Source: Octopus sinensis
Lineage: Eukaryota
Length of the DNA: 64,000 bases
NCBI RefSeq assembly: GCF_006345805.1
Contig: NC_043010.1
Coordinates: 61,380,001 to 61,444,000 of the forward strand
Direction of reading: 5' to 3'
Below are positions 52,011 through 64,000 of the stretch, piece after piece (within the stretch, counting starts at the first letter, position 1; every line of letters starts with the position of its first letter). The notes under the pieces are model-generated. The model had not been told where the DNA came from. It saw only the letters and a list, made by a program, of their open reading frames with translations, and ran no database searches. Both the position numbers and the translations under genes were made by a program.

Positions 52011-53129
52011 CACTCTGATCCATACCACTACCACCAATAAACACCTTCCTCTAAGGCATGAGGGTAGACTGAGGGCCAGCAATTTTCCCCCATTTACCTG
52101 TTATATGATTAACACTGTCCAGAGGAAAATTTGGTCAGTGCTGATGCATGAAACTCTCAGCCCTTGACTCATTTTGTTGTTTCTACTAAATATGAATAGA
52201 AAATGTATATTTACTTATGTTTTGAGTTCTGTCTTCCTTGCTTGCATTGCCAAACCTGTCCTTAGAAACCAATGAATGCACTGGATGTAACCAAATCATT
52301 GGACTGTATGTTTGAAAGTGGCTAAAAAGAATTAGATGAAAAACAAAAAGGTCAGCTGTCACTTGTGAGTATGATCACACCTTTTCCTAATTGCTTTTAG
52401 GGGGTCTATGTAGTTGTGAGATGTAGACATTCTCAAAGGCCTCCCATCTTTGCCCTTGTGGGACATTAAAGATGTAACAGCTGGAGAGAGAGAGAGAGAT
52501 GCTACAATAGATGGCAGGTTCAGATTTTCTGTCAAAAGATGTACCTTACTCAAGGGCACAATTTACTACCAGGTCTTAAAACTGAACCCATGACTTTATG
52601 ATTGTAAACTACACACCTTGCCACAAACATGACAGCTCCATAGACGTATATTCGGTAGGCTTCAACACAATTTCCATCAAGCAAATATCATTCAAGGCAT
52701 TAGTCAACATAAGGCTACAACAGAAGACACTTGCTCAGTGATTGAGCTGGTGGAGTGAACTTAATAACTTTCTCCATAGAAAAAAAAAATGGACATCAGA
52801 TGAGTGAAATAATAGTCGCTAGTGTTGTATTTATTGGAATTGTTTCTCTTGATGGTTTACTTTTCAGATGTAAATAAGTCTCCAAAACCTATTATGCTGT
52901 TTTTCTAAAGCCTCTGACTTGTTTCATTGAATAAAAACTCGGTATTGTTTAAAATTTTACGGTAGCAGATAGGTTTTCATCTTAGAAGAATATATTATTA
53001 GAAGAAAATGTTCACAGAAATAAAATAATGCTGCCTTACACCTACACAGTTTGTGTTGGATGAAACAAAAACAACAGACACGAGAAGATAAATAGAGAAC
53101 ATCTGTCAGTGGTAAGTTTTAACAATCAA

Positions 53130-53330
53130 CTGTGAATGGTTTGTAAACCAAACAGCCATGACGTGTCTCGACGACAAGCGTCGTTCGCAGGTCACACGAA
53201 CGCTGGAGCTTTGTGTTTTTATGTCTTTTTAAATCGATCGACAATGTCGTTGGCAGACGGGAGGGAGACTGCTGCACAACGGAGAAGTGAAAACTGAAGA
53301 GAAGAAAAGAATTAGTGCATTTTCCCTCCA
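53130..53330. promoter_or_regulatory. CpG-rich promoter-like segment upstream of the orphan ORF
   Basis: Cluster of CpGs (ACGTGTCTCGACGACAAGCGTCGTTCGC, AATCGATCGAC) in otherwise CpG-poor DNA about 600 bp upstream of 53895. Confidence 0.35.
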
Positions 53331-53894
53331 TTCATGTGTGTGTGCGTGTGTGTGTTTTTTTTAATGTGAAATAACTCACAAATCTCTATTTTAAAGGTTC
53401 TTTTTTTCTTCGTAGCTTTTTTGTTAATTAACTTTTGTCTTAAGAGGCAGCCATTTTGTAAATCATTTTGAAAAAATGTCTCTAAATGAACTTCACTTTT
53501 TCAATAGTAAATTACCGTTATTTTTGTGAAGACCCCCACCCACCATAAAAAACTTTTGAGCAGATAATCTATTTCAGCTTGGGGCTCGACTTTTAAGATA
53601 TCATTCAATGGAAAATTTCTCAATATAAGTTGACAATTCGAAACACATACTACATAGATTTTCAGAAGACTATAATATATATATAAAGGGAATTTCGAAG
53701 TGTTGCCAAAATCACCAGATCGGAAAAATAAAAGAAATTACCTCTTTTAAAATGAAGGCAACAGTTTGTTTGAATTGTTATATTGTGGCATTACGGAGGA
53801 AAAAAGTTGGAATATAGACATACATATAAGCAGAACCATGATTAAAATAAATATGAAGTGAGTACATTTTCATGTTACATTAGCCAAAGAAATT

Positions 53895-54932
53895 ATGAAT
53901 TATATAAAGAATGTGACAGGAAACCGCTCTTTTTTAGGCTCCATGTCCACTTTGAACGTTTTTCAGTCTAAAAAGAAAACATCATTTCAAGCCACAAATC
54001 AACGATCTGTTGTGCCGAATCAGCCCATTGTAACAAGACCGTATTCAAAGCTTCAACTCAAATCATTGGATTCTTTTCAGTTGGACGGTAACATTTACCA
54101 AACGAATCGAACTATTAAAAATAAACCGAACAATAGTTTATTGTCCTTAACTAGCATATTATGTTTCACTGTACACATGGAGAATGCACCGTTGGATAGC
54201 ATGAGCATGTTGTTTCAATCAAGCCAGCATTCTGCAGACAACAGACGAAACACAGAGCCAGACGAAGACAATACTCTGTCGGGAATTTTCAATGAAGATG
54301 TTTCAAAAGCAATACAATTGGAGAAAAAAGAAAGAAAACCATTAAGATATTCGTCAGCCATTGCTTGTGAAAGGCTTCTATTAAAATATCCAGACAATTT
54401 GATGTATTTATTATTGCAAATGGTTCTGACGCCAGAAATATATTGTCAGCCATTTCCAAACGAAGAGCACAGGAAACCATTATCTGAAGAGAGCTTATTG
54501 GCAAAATTCGTTAAATGTAATCTGAATGAGTATGTCGGTCGTGTTGTGATGTTTTCTCTGACTATAAAACATCAGAACGGCTTTTTTGATAAAAGTAACA
54601 ATTGCAGAGACCTGGCAGGTGAGAAGCAACACAAGAGAAATAATTCGCCATCTGGAGAAGCCAGATTGAAAGACACGGCTGACGACATTCAGAAAAGCCA
54701 ACCTCCAAACATTTTCACAAAGGAACAACGTGCAATGCTCATATATTACGTGTTTTTCCAGTGTTTGACGTTTTCCCTGTATTATGGCCATCAGGCATTA
54801 GATCAGCTTGACACAGACACTGTCGCAACGATGAAACCATTTTCCTTGTACATCGTACAATTTGGTCTATTGTTGTTCTTTATCTACATTAAATGGTTAT
54901 TCAAGTCTCCATCCTCTCTTAAGGACAGCTAA
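53895..54932 (+). CDS. Uncharacterised 345-aa protein (or terminal coding exon) with two C-terminal hydrophobic helices
   Basis: 1038-nt non-repetitive ORF in AT-rich DNA; AATAAA at 54966 shortly after the stop; possible acceptor CTCTTTTTTTAG near 53937; hydrophobic segments AMLIYYVFFQCLTFSLYY and FSLYIVQFGLLLFFIYIKWLF. Confidence 0.7.
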   Translation: MNYIKNVTGNRSFLGSMSTLNVFQSKKKTSFQATNQRSVVPNQPIVTRPYSKLQLKSLDSFQLDGNIYQTNRTIKNKPNNSLLSLTSILCFTVHMENAPLDSMSMLFQSSQHSADNRRNTEPDEDNTLSGIFNEDVSKAIQLEKKERKPLRYSSAIACERLLLKYPDNLMYLLLQMVLTPEIYCQPFPNEEHRKPLSEESLLAKFVKCNLNEYVGRVVMFSLTIKHQNGFFDKSNNCRDLAGEKQHKRNNSPSGEARLKDTADDIQKSQPPNIFTKEQRAMLIYYVFFQCLTFSLYYGHQALDQLDTDTVATMKPFSLYIVQFGLLLFFIYIKWLFKSPSSLKDS

Positions 54933-55589
54933 CAAATTACATGTGTTTTTTTAAACGAGAGAAGAAATAAATGTATGTATTTTTATACACTATATATTTA
55001 TATATATATATTATTATGACTTCTTTTCTATATATCGTCTTTAGAGAAATATTTTCATACAAGACAAAATATTTTATAAACCTGTATTTAGTTTATAAAG
55101 ATGAATTTAGCCATGATCTGCTTGAAATCTGATCAGAAACGTTCCAGCAGTGACTATTCTATCACACTTGTTTACTCCACTTGCTAGAAATAGCAACCAA
55201 ATCTCCTTATCACACTACTCTGTCTTAAAGGTCAAGATGGGGGTGGTCACTGCTTTTGGACAACTTACACCCTACATAATAAACCAATGCACCTCAGTGT
55301 ATAGAGTGATCTTCATTTCTGGCAGGGGTACAATATATCCAGAATACTGGATCCACAGATCACATCTTATAGCCATTCACTATCTGTTCTAGTATGATTC
55401 TTAAAGGACTGGCCCCTTCATCACTTGAGTTAATCCCCTCATTAACCGCAACCCATTCTAAAATAGGCCTAACAAGGACATGTTTCCCACATCCCACATC
55501 AACAAGTCATTTGACTCTCAGAAAGCAATGTAGCTGCAAAACCTTTTACAATGGGGAACCTTGTGGTAAAGTTACCCACCACTGAATTC

Positions 55590-55980
55590 CATGATGCTGC
55601 TTATTGTTTTCAGGTAGGACACATTAGGTAGTGTAGCCCTAGATGCACTGTCTAAAAATAAAATTGGATGGTTATAGATGAAATGTGGCTGCTGACAAGC
55701 CAAATCATACTGTTTTAAGCTAGAATACATTAGATGATGTTCTAAATATACTGTCACATCCTTAATCCAAAGCCAGTTGAAACAGTTGATGGCTTCAAAA
55801 CAAGGAGCCATTCCTTGAAGCAATAAGGTAGCCTCTATGATGTTCCTTTGACCACTAAAAAAGTATATAATAACTACCAAACCGTCCTCAAATCAACCCT
55901 ATCTTAGAAATTACATTGGATAGCATATCCCAAACTACACTACCTGAATATAGGATAGTCATGGTTGGAATGCCTTTGAT
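55590..55980 (+). mobile_element. Interspersed repeat family D (SINE-like); other fragments at about 2880-3090 (-), 29470-29600 (-), 30390-30760, 31060-31410, 31930-32070, 39760-39920 (-), 56890-57400 and 58680-58830
   Basis: Recurrent motifs TGCTAGAAATAGCAGCCAAATCT, TTGGACAATGTAGTCC, GGATGGTCA.GG.TGGAA and GACCTGGGGCTAAAC. Confidence 0.65.
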
Positions 55981-56089
55981 CATCATCATCATCATTAAAC
56001 GTCTGTTTTCCAAACAGGCATGGGTTGGACAGCTTGACAGGAGCTGCACCAGGTTCCATTGTCTGCTTTGGCAGTTTCTACAGCTGGAT

Positions 56090-56419
56090 CATCATCCATC
56101 ATTTTGAATCCTGGTTTTGTCCCCGTTAACAGGGGTGACCGGATCTACCTCAATGCCATAGCATTTGCCCTCACACCATCTCACCCGGTTTTGGGCGTCC
56201 TCCCTTCTCAAGCCAGCCCTCCACATTTTCCTTGGTCTACCTTGCTTTCGCTGTCCATTTACCTCAAACTCTAGCACCCTCTTCAACACATGCTCCTCAA
56301 CCACTGCACACCATTTGCCCTTGCCAGCTGTTCCACTGATTCCTCCAAGCCCAGCATCCCCATCAAGTCCTAGGTCCTCCTGCTGTCAAAAAGCCTCACG
56401 CCATACATTTCTCTCACCA
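56090..56419 (-). mobile_element. 3' fragment of an RTE-clade LINE inserted in a (CAT)n-tailed SINE
   Basis: REMYGVRL...LGLEESVEQLARANGVQW...EHVLKRVLEFEVNGQRKQGRPRKMW...EDAQNR; GATG-type tail; TGGAT duplicated at 56085 and 56420. Confidence 0.82.
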
Positions 56420-57399
56420 TGGATGCCCTTCCTAACACCAACCACTTTACACAATGCATTGGGTGCCTTTTACATGGCACCAGCACCAACAGGATCATCA
56501 CCAAGTACCCTTGCAAGACAAGATCATACCTTGATTTAGTCAGAGCTCACTTGCAGTTCAGCATTAACTATTCTTTCATCTCAAGAATAAAGAAACTTGC
56601 AAGCTGGCAGAATCGTTAGCATGCCAAGTGAAATGCTTAGTGGTATTTCATCTGTCTTTACATTCTGAGTTCAAATTCTACCGAGGTCAACTTTGCCTTT
56701 CATCCTTTCAGGGTCGATAAATTAAGTACCAGTTGCATACTGGGGTCAATCTAATCGACTGGCCTTTTCCCCAAAAAATTTCGAGCCTCGTGTCTAGAGC
56801 AAAGAAGCTTGTTGATACATGTGTTAATGAGAATCTCTTTACCAGCAGAGGTGTACTGCAATGTGAGCCAATGAAGGAAAATGTTCAGGGTGCTTGGCCT
56901 GCTAGAAATAGCAACTGAATCTTGCCCTACTCTCTTGTCTCTCTCACTCTTTCCTCTGGACATCAACAACCTATTCATTGTTTTTTTACACATGATACAA
57001 CCTCTCTCTTTCTCTTAGTTTTTTTCAAGCAGAAGTCAACCACTACCACTGAGTGAACCTCTACAGGGTTACTCAAACTATAAGAAATAGCAGCCAAATT
57101 TCCCTCAAACCCAAGCCCTAACATGTTAAAAAGATGAAAAAAATTGGATGTGATCTTAAGAGACACTTAGGAGTCGGGTCTTTCATTAGTCCTAAGATTC
57201 ATAAAACCAGAGCTGAACCTAGTTTCCCCAAATACTGCCTCCTGATGTGAAAGTAGGATTAGCAAAAACCACCATCACAAATAATGTGAGCCAATAAAGG
57301 AAAATGTATGGGGTGCTTGACCTGCTAGAAATAGCAGCTGAATCTTGCCCTACTCTCTTGTAAAAGGAAAGACATTGACCAATGTAAGCCTGTATACTA

Positions 57400-58641
57400 T
57401 TAGGTTGTCAAGAAAGTTCTAGTGGTTTTTAACCTTTAAATTCAGATGCACATATCTCGGCTCAAACAAAACTTTATTAATCGAAATAAACACCATCAGA
57501 ATCAACACACTTTTGCCAATGTGAAACAAGTTTATTTATGTCAGTAGCATAAAAATCATGCATTCTGGTGGCGATGAAGTTGTTGAAGGCGCGTTTGGCA
57601 TCGTCTTGGTTTTCGAAGCATTTCTCAAGCAGGAAGTTGTCGAGATGCTTGAAAAAGTGGTAGTCGGTAGGTGAGAGGTCTGGTGAGTATGGCGGATGAG
57701 GCAGAGTTTCATAGCCCAATTCGTTCAACTTCTGCAGGGTCAGTTGTGTGATGTGTGGCCAAGCATTGTCGTGGAGAAGAATTGGTCCTTTTCTATTGAC
57801 CAATGCTGGCTGATGTTGTCGGAGATTCTTATGCATTTCATCCATTTGCTGACAGTACTTCTCTGCCGTAATGATTTTGCCTGGATCCAAAAAGCTTTGA
57901 TGGATGAGACTGGCCGCAGACCACCAAACAGTCACCATGACTTTCTTTTGGTGCAACTTTGGCTTTGGGAAGTGCCGTGGAGCTTCATCGGCGTCCATCT
58001 ACTGAGCTTTTCAACGCGTCACAATTCAGTCGAGAAATGAGCCATTCTTGTTGTGTAAAGGAAAGGAAGACAACACTTCAAAATGGCATTTTTTTTTGGT
58101 TGTCGTTCAATTTGTGTGGCACCCATTTCTCAAGTATTTTTGTTTTTCCAATCTCTTTCACGTGGTTAGAAATTGTCATATATGTTATGGCTAATTCAGA
58201 AGCAAGCTCTCGAACAGTTGAGCATGGATTGGCTTCAACTAAGGCTCTTAGTTGATCGTTGTCAACATCCGATGGCCGACCACTACCATCTTCAAGACTC
58301 TCGTCACCGCTACAAAATTTCTTGAACCAACATTGTGCAGAACGTTTATTAGGGGTTCCTGGGCCAAATGCATCGTTGATATCACAAGATATTTCAGCAG
58401 CTTTTTGGCCTAGCCTGAACTAGAATAAGAAAATTATGCAAATTTGCTTTTTGTCCATGTATTCAACATTCCAGAAAAAAATAGCCTAATTATTCAAAAA
58501 GAAAAAGATTAACACGATTAGATAGAGCGAAAAACACGTTTTAAAATGATAAATAAAGTCAAAGTAAACGAAAATTAATTTGAAAATACATCATTTCAAA
58601 CCAAAATTTAAAATTCCGCAAGAACTTTCTTGACAACCTAA
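57400..58641 (-). mobile_element. Near full-length mariner transposon (DD34D, Hsmar1/cecropia-like), inactive
   Basis: 21-bp identical TIRs TTAGGTTGTCAAGAAAGTTCT at both ends, TA on the left flank. Transposase reads MDKKQI...WVPHKL...HDNA...HPPYSPDLSPTDYHFF, with in-frame stops and a deletion around the first catalytic Asp. Confidence 0.92.
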
Positions 58642-58841
58642 TTTAATCTAATTAAGATGGGATAATCACTAATTATAGGATCTACTGGACCAGGAACTAA
58701 ATAACAACATTAACATTGGACAATGTAGTCCTAGATACACAGTGTCTGATAAAACAAAATACAGCATCATTTTGAGTAGAATTGTTTAATCCTAAATCCA
58801 CTCAATCAGGACTGACCTAGGGCTAAACAACATCAGTAGAA

Positions 58842-59412
58842 TCATCATCATCATTTAGCGTCCATTCTCCATGCTAGCATGGGTTGGACGGTTCAACTGG
58901 GGTCTGTGAAGCTGGAAGGCTTCATCAGGCCCAGTCAGATCTGGCAGTGTTTCTACGGCTGGATGCCCTTCCTAACGCCAACCACTCCGTGAGTGTAGTG
59001 GGTGCTTTTTACGTGCCACCCGCACAGGTGCCAGACAGAGCTGGCAAACGGCCACGAACGGATGGTGCTTTTACGTGTCACCGGCACGGGGCCAGGCGAG
59101 GCTGGCAACGGACACGAACGGATGGTGCTTTTACGTGCCACCAACACGGGGGCCAGGCGAGGCTGGCAACGGGCACGAACGGATGGTGCTTTTACATGCC
59201 ACCGACACGGCTGGCAAACGGCCACGAACGGATGGTGCTTTTACGTGTCACCGGCACGGGGGCCAGGCGAGGCTGGCAACGGACACGAACGGATGGTGCT
59301 TTTACATGTCACCGACATGGGGGCCAGACAGGGCTGGCAAACGGACACGAACGGATGGTGCTTTTACATGTCACTGACATGGGGGCCAGACAGGGCTGGC
59401 AAACGGCCACGA
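58842..59412 (-). mobile_element. SINE family C ((GAT)n tail; probably the Octopus OK family) with about 7 tandem 5' units
   Basis: Core CATGCTAGCATGGGTTGGACGG...CTGGATGCCCTTCCTAACGCCAACCAC plus repeated units CGAACGGATGGTGCTTTTACRTG; family name from recall only. Confidence 0.8.
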
Positions 59413-59829
59413 TAATATTGACTAATCCCTCCCTCAAATTGCAAGCCTGGCAAAATACTTCACCGCATTTAAATGTCTCTTCACTGGTTTCAAGCAATGA
59501 ATCAAGCCCATGCTGGAACACTGCCTTCAAATGTCTTAGTTGATACCGGCCCCATTATTTATTTCACCAAGTTACTCTCTGATGTTAGGAGGCACACTGG
59601 TCTACACATGTACATACACACACACACACATTGGGCTTCTTTCAGTTTCCATCTACTAAATTCATACCTAAGTTATTGCTTAATCTGAGACTTAGTAGAA
59701 GATACTTGCTCAAGAAGCTACGCGATGGGATTGAACCCAAAACACAAGTTGAGAAGTGAACATTAGTCAAACGTACCAGTGGTGGTGGTCATTGGCTGTC
59801 TGTTGTAGGTCAGTGTTGTCCATTCTTGA

Positions 59830-60250
59830 TCAGTAATCATCTCTGACAGGTTCACCTGTGGGCTACAAGGCCTGGTCTTCATCTGCTGCAGGTGAAGTTA
59901 CTTGATGCAATGGAGAAGTGATGTATCTCATGTGCTCTCTTGTATTCTCTCTGGTGTTTCTCCTCAACGGCTGGAATCATGAGCTTGAGCAACTGGTGCC
60001 ACTTTGTGCTGCAGGACCTTCTCCAGCCACGTGTCCAGGAAGATGCCAGAGCTCCCCTAACACAACCCTGCATCGCAACCTCTGGTCACCACAGTTCCCT
60101 CTGCCTTGATACAGTCCAGTGCAGAAAACTAGCCCCGGGAGTCTGCTGTCCTCCATTCCACAAACATGTCCCACCCAGTGCAGGCATGGTAAGGCAATGA
60201 GGACCTCCGTACCAATAAGGGCCACATGTACCAGAGGTGGTAACAAAAGT
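59830..60250 (-). mobile_element. Decayed 3' fragment of a second RTE-clade LINE
   Basis: LHWVGHVCGMEDSRLPGLVFCTGLYQGRGNCGDQRLRCR matches the RTE ORF C-terminal pattern LRWxGHVxRMEDxRLPKxVxYGELxxGxRxRGGQxxRY. Confidence 0.72.
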
Positions 60251-60303
60251 TGATACTGTTTCAACAGAAACTACTCATCACATATCACATGGCCCAGGAT
60301 CTG

Positions 60304-60532
60304 TTAACCTTTTAACATCCAAATTATTCTGTCAAATGTTAGACTTATTTATTCACACACTTCTGAATTAATCCTGCATTATCTCTTAGCTTTGAGATTT
60401 TGAAGTTGTAACTGTTTAGTTTTAGAATGACATTGTCAGGTAGGTGTGAGAGGCCAGAACTGGCCAGTTTGAACCTAAAACAGGTAGGATATTTGGGCAG
60501 GATGTGACCACCTTAAATGCTCAAAGGGTAAA
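60304..60532. mobile_element. piggyBac-like MITE, uninterrupted copy
   Basis: Colinear with the two halves of 49143-49618; TTAACC and AAAGGGT ends. Confidence 0.55.
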
Positions 60533-63459
60533 CACGTACCTGTATCATTTACTAAAGTCCTTGGGTTTCGTTCATAAAATATCCTACATCCTTTAAATCC
60601 TCTCTGACCTCTTTTACTTTCTTTCCTGAAAGTTATAAATCCCTGAAGACTGGCTTCAAAGTGATGTTCTAAGCCCATCAACACAGTTTCCTTTAGATTT
60701 TGCTGAGCTGCCATTTTAAACAACTTCATCTCTGCTTCATTAAAATTAGTATGATCAGCCAGGTAATATTAATTTTATCAAATACACAGAGGTAAAGTGG
60801 CTGAATTCAGAGGCAATGACCAAGACCTTTGGCATTATGTCATGCTTGAGAAGAAGACCTATGATGCCAAGCAAAATCATAGTCAATGGCAACCGTGCCA
60901 GTGGCAAGTAAAAGCACTCATCACACTCTCAGAATGGTTGGCATTAGGAAGGGCATCCAGCCACAGAAAACTGACTGGAGTCTGGTGCAGCCTTCCAGTT
61001 TACCAGCCCTGGTCAAACCGTCCAACCTGTGCCAGCATGGACAACATATGTTAAATGATGATGACGAAAACCTTAACATACATATGTATGTATTGTATCT
61101 CGGGAAGGTCATTATGCCAATAATAAATATATGCACTGGTCTTATTTCACTTCTTATATTATTTTGTCAATTACTTAACCAATCAACTAACTGACTGTCT
61201 TATTAAGTGTTTGGTCAATCAATCAATCAATCAATCAGCAAGGCCAATCATTTCCTTGCTACTTGCAACCTCATCAACAACAAGGCTTCTCTATTGCAGG
61301 TCTACTTGACTATCCTGAGATATAAGAAAATATATTTTAATACACGAGTTCAGATCAAGAACATTGTAAACAAAATAGAAAAAACAATTATATGAAGATA
61401 TATATATATTCCCATGCAAAACAGAGACAAGTACCAAGAGTTCCATGTGGCATGCTTGAATAATTGTGAAGATCACTCCACATGAAACTATTGGTTGCTT
61501 TGTTGATCCACAAACAATATATATATATATATATAAATGTGCATACATATATATATATACATACATACACATAAATGGCCAAGGTGAGCAGCTACTTGTA
61601 TAGAGTTACAAAATAGAATAACTCTGGTGTTTCTTTCTTAATTTTTTTTAATGATGGTTAGATACATAGACAGATAAAGAGTGAGAGTTGGGCAGGTGTT
61701 GTAACCCTCTTGAAATGAAGCAAACAACAGTGATTATGAGCTGGGAGAAGAGGGGGGGGATATATTCATATATATATATATATTATATATTATATATATA
61801 TATATATATACACACATACATATATATATATCAGGGACGTACCACCTAGGTAGGCAGTGCCTGCCTCGAATAAAATAGATCAATAGCAACATTTTCCTTT
61901 TATGGCAAAATATGCACCTAATTCAATAAAATCATGAAGGTTACTCTGATTACTATGCATAAAATGCAAAATATTTCATTTTCTTGTAGATTAGGTTGGC
62001 ATAATTTGCCCTTGGTTTTCAATCTCAGCATTCAAGCTATGCATAATACTGCTGTAGTACACATGCTGCGTACACTCCTACAACACCGTTTTCTTTATGT
62101 GCTATAAAAGCAGAATTAAATCTGCCTTCAACTCAGACGCACGTCTGATTTTCTTATTTTTTGTGTTATTTTTACTACACAAAGGTCACCAACTGCCTAC
62201 CCTGAGTAATTACTAACGGCACGTGCCTGATATATATATATATATATATATGTGAGACACTCCACACAACATAATAAATAAATAAAAAAAAAACATGTAA
62301 GATAGACATGAACCCTTACAATGTTTAAGGGCAAGGGAACGTTTTGGTGAAGTTGTGGTGTTGATGCCCTTGTGGAGAGCATTGGTGGTTATTAGTTTCA
62401 GTGCAGATTGAAACCATGATTGCAAGTGAGTTCACACAGAACCCAACTCCAAAGCCAAACAGTGACATCTTTGTTTAAATTCTTGTAGATTGTAATTTTG
62501 TTCAATAAATGAAGAATTAGGGGTGAGGGTTAATGACACATTATTATAAATTTCAAGTGAAGACAAACAAGATGTTGATCCATAAACAAGGACACATTGA
62601 CTGAAACTGGACACAAACATTGATCACTCCTTACATAGGGAACATCATTTTCAGGGATATATTCAAATGAAATAGGAGAGGGGGGAAAAACCCGTAAGTT
62701 GCCAGTTCTTTTCTCTTTAGTTTTACAATTGAAATGTACCATTTTTTTTGTTTTCATTGATACAGGCACCAATGTCGGAGATGTGGAAATCTCTTTTCCT
62801 TGTCCAAAACAATGTCACATACAAGTATATCCATTTAATTTTCTTTTTGTCTTCGATCTGTAGCAGTCTCATATAGAAATGAACCCTGCTTCTCACATGT
62901 GCAACTATTATAAACAGTTGTACTTCCTTTACACACACACATATATATCTATCTATACATACATATATCATTTAATATACACAAAATTTTAAAAGAGCAA
63001 CTAACAGTTTCATGCTGTTGAGCCACAATAATGTCCTAGATTATTGTATCTGTATGGCATGAAACTATTGGTATCTCTTTTTCAAATTCTGTGTATGTTA
63101 AATGATATTTATTTCTCACTGGATGGAATCCTTCTTTTGTTGATCCTACCTGTAATGGAACAGTAAACTATATTTATATATATGTATGTATGTGTGTATA
63201 AATATATAAAAGAATGTAAATTTATGTGTTAAGTGACCTTTCTTGTTTAAAAATATCAATGTCATTCTGATGTACCTTGGCAAGCACAGCTACCACCAAT
63301 ATCATACACACACACACACACACAGAGAGTCACCACTTAACATTCACTGTGCTTGCTCCTTTCTCTGCATAGCAACCGTTGTGGTATTCCAAACACATCT
63401 TGCTTTACACAAATTCCATTGTTTCCAGATGCATTTCATAGAAAGATGTCATTAAAAGA

Positions 63460-63504
<45 letters not shown>

Positions 63505-64000
63505 CAGTCCTAGCAATGAAACGAATGTACTTTGAAGAAATACTGTTTATCACATTACAAGGTACTTATTAACTGCAAGCACTCATGCACCTTTTCTGTC
63601 AGTTTAGTAATTCTCTCTGTAAACACTGATGAGGTACTGCAAAGTACCACACAATAGTCAATGCTAAAGAACAACTGCCGTGCCTGTTTCTCTGTCTTAG
63701 ATGCCCGCTGGGGGGGCTTCACTATTTAGAGTGGAGAGAGAGAAAGGGAGAGAGAAAGAGAGAGAGAACGAGAACATTGGAGAGTTAAATCAAATTCAAG
63801 ACGAAGAGTTGTCTCCCTTATATGCTCATGTAGTGTGGCACCCCTTCGTGCTGTGGTATATCAGTGGTGTGATGTGCTTGAGATACGCTGAGGGTTGCTT
63901 GGTGGGTTTCTGAGGTTGCTGCAGCAGTGTTCTGTGGCACACAACTCAGTTTACGATCCCCGAGTTTATTGGTTCGCTGGTGTCGCTCCAGGTGATCTTT

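Noticed and set aside
58884-59543. Overlapping ORFs of up to 219 aa, and CRISPR-like periodicity
   Set aside because: Tandem SINE-C units; the spacers are copies of each other, there are no cas genes and the context is eukaryotic.
62530-62772. 80-codon minus-strand ORF
   Set aside because: No recognisable homology or clear splice signals.
63620-63665. Hammerhead-like CTGATGA-GGTAC-tgcaaa-GTACC
   Set aside because: Stem II is perfect but GAAA is replaced by ACAC and no stem I partner exists; at best a dead relic.

Overview
AT-rich (roughly one-third GC by eye), microsatellite- and retroposon-dense animal genomic DNA. The repeat families and the non-KRAB C2H2 zinc-finger genes point to a coleoid cephalopod, most likely Octopus (inference from recalled repeat sequences, not from a search). 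Three credible protein-coding regions: (1) a 9-finger C2H2 ZNF on the minus strand (12952-14820) with a 48-residue polyQ tract; (2) a 9-finger paralog on the plus strand (44338-45906), arranged head-to-head with the first about 29.5 kb away; (3) an orphan 345-aa ORF (53895-54932) with two C-terminal hydrophobic helices and a possible BEN-like segment. The two ZNFs share a degenerate first finger, near-uniform Q(-1)/H(+3) recognition helices and a conserved C-terminal motif (NSYxWxRGFP...W...SVFPC) that I do not recognise. The rest is a nested TE landscape: three mariner remnants (one near full length with TIRs), a Penelope-like GIY-YIG fragment, CR1/Jockey-group and RTE LINE remnants, at least five SINE families, foldback/MULE/piggyBac/Helitron-like MITEs, several hammerhead-ribozyme-like motifs, a 1.1-kb imperfect palindrome and a 3.5-kb compound (TA/TACA) satellite. 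Nearly all other ORFs in the supplied track are translations of microsatellites or SINEs. No rRNA, bona fide tRNA or CRISPR array was found. Repeat boundaries were read by eye and are approximate unless a TIR or TSD is quoted.
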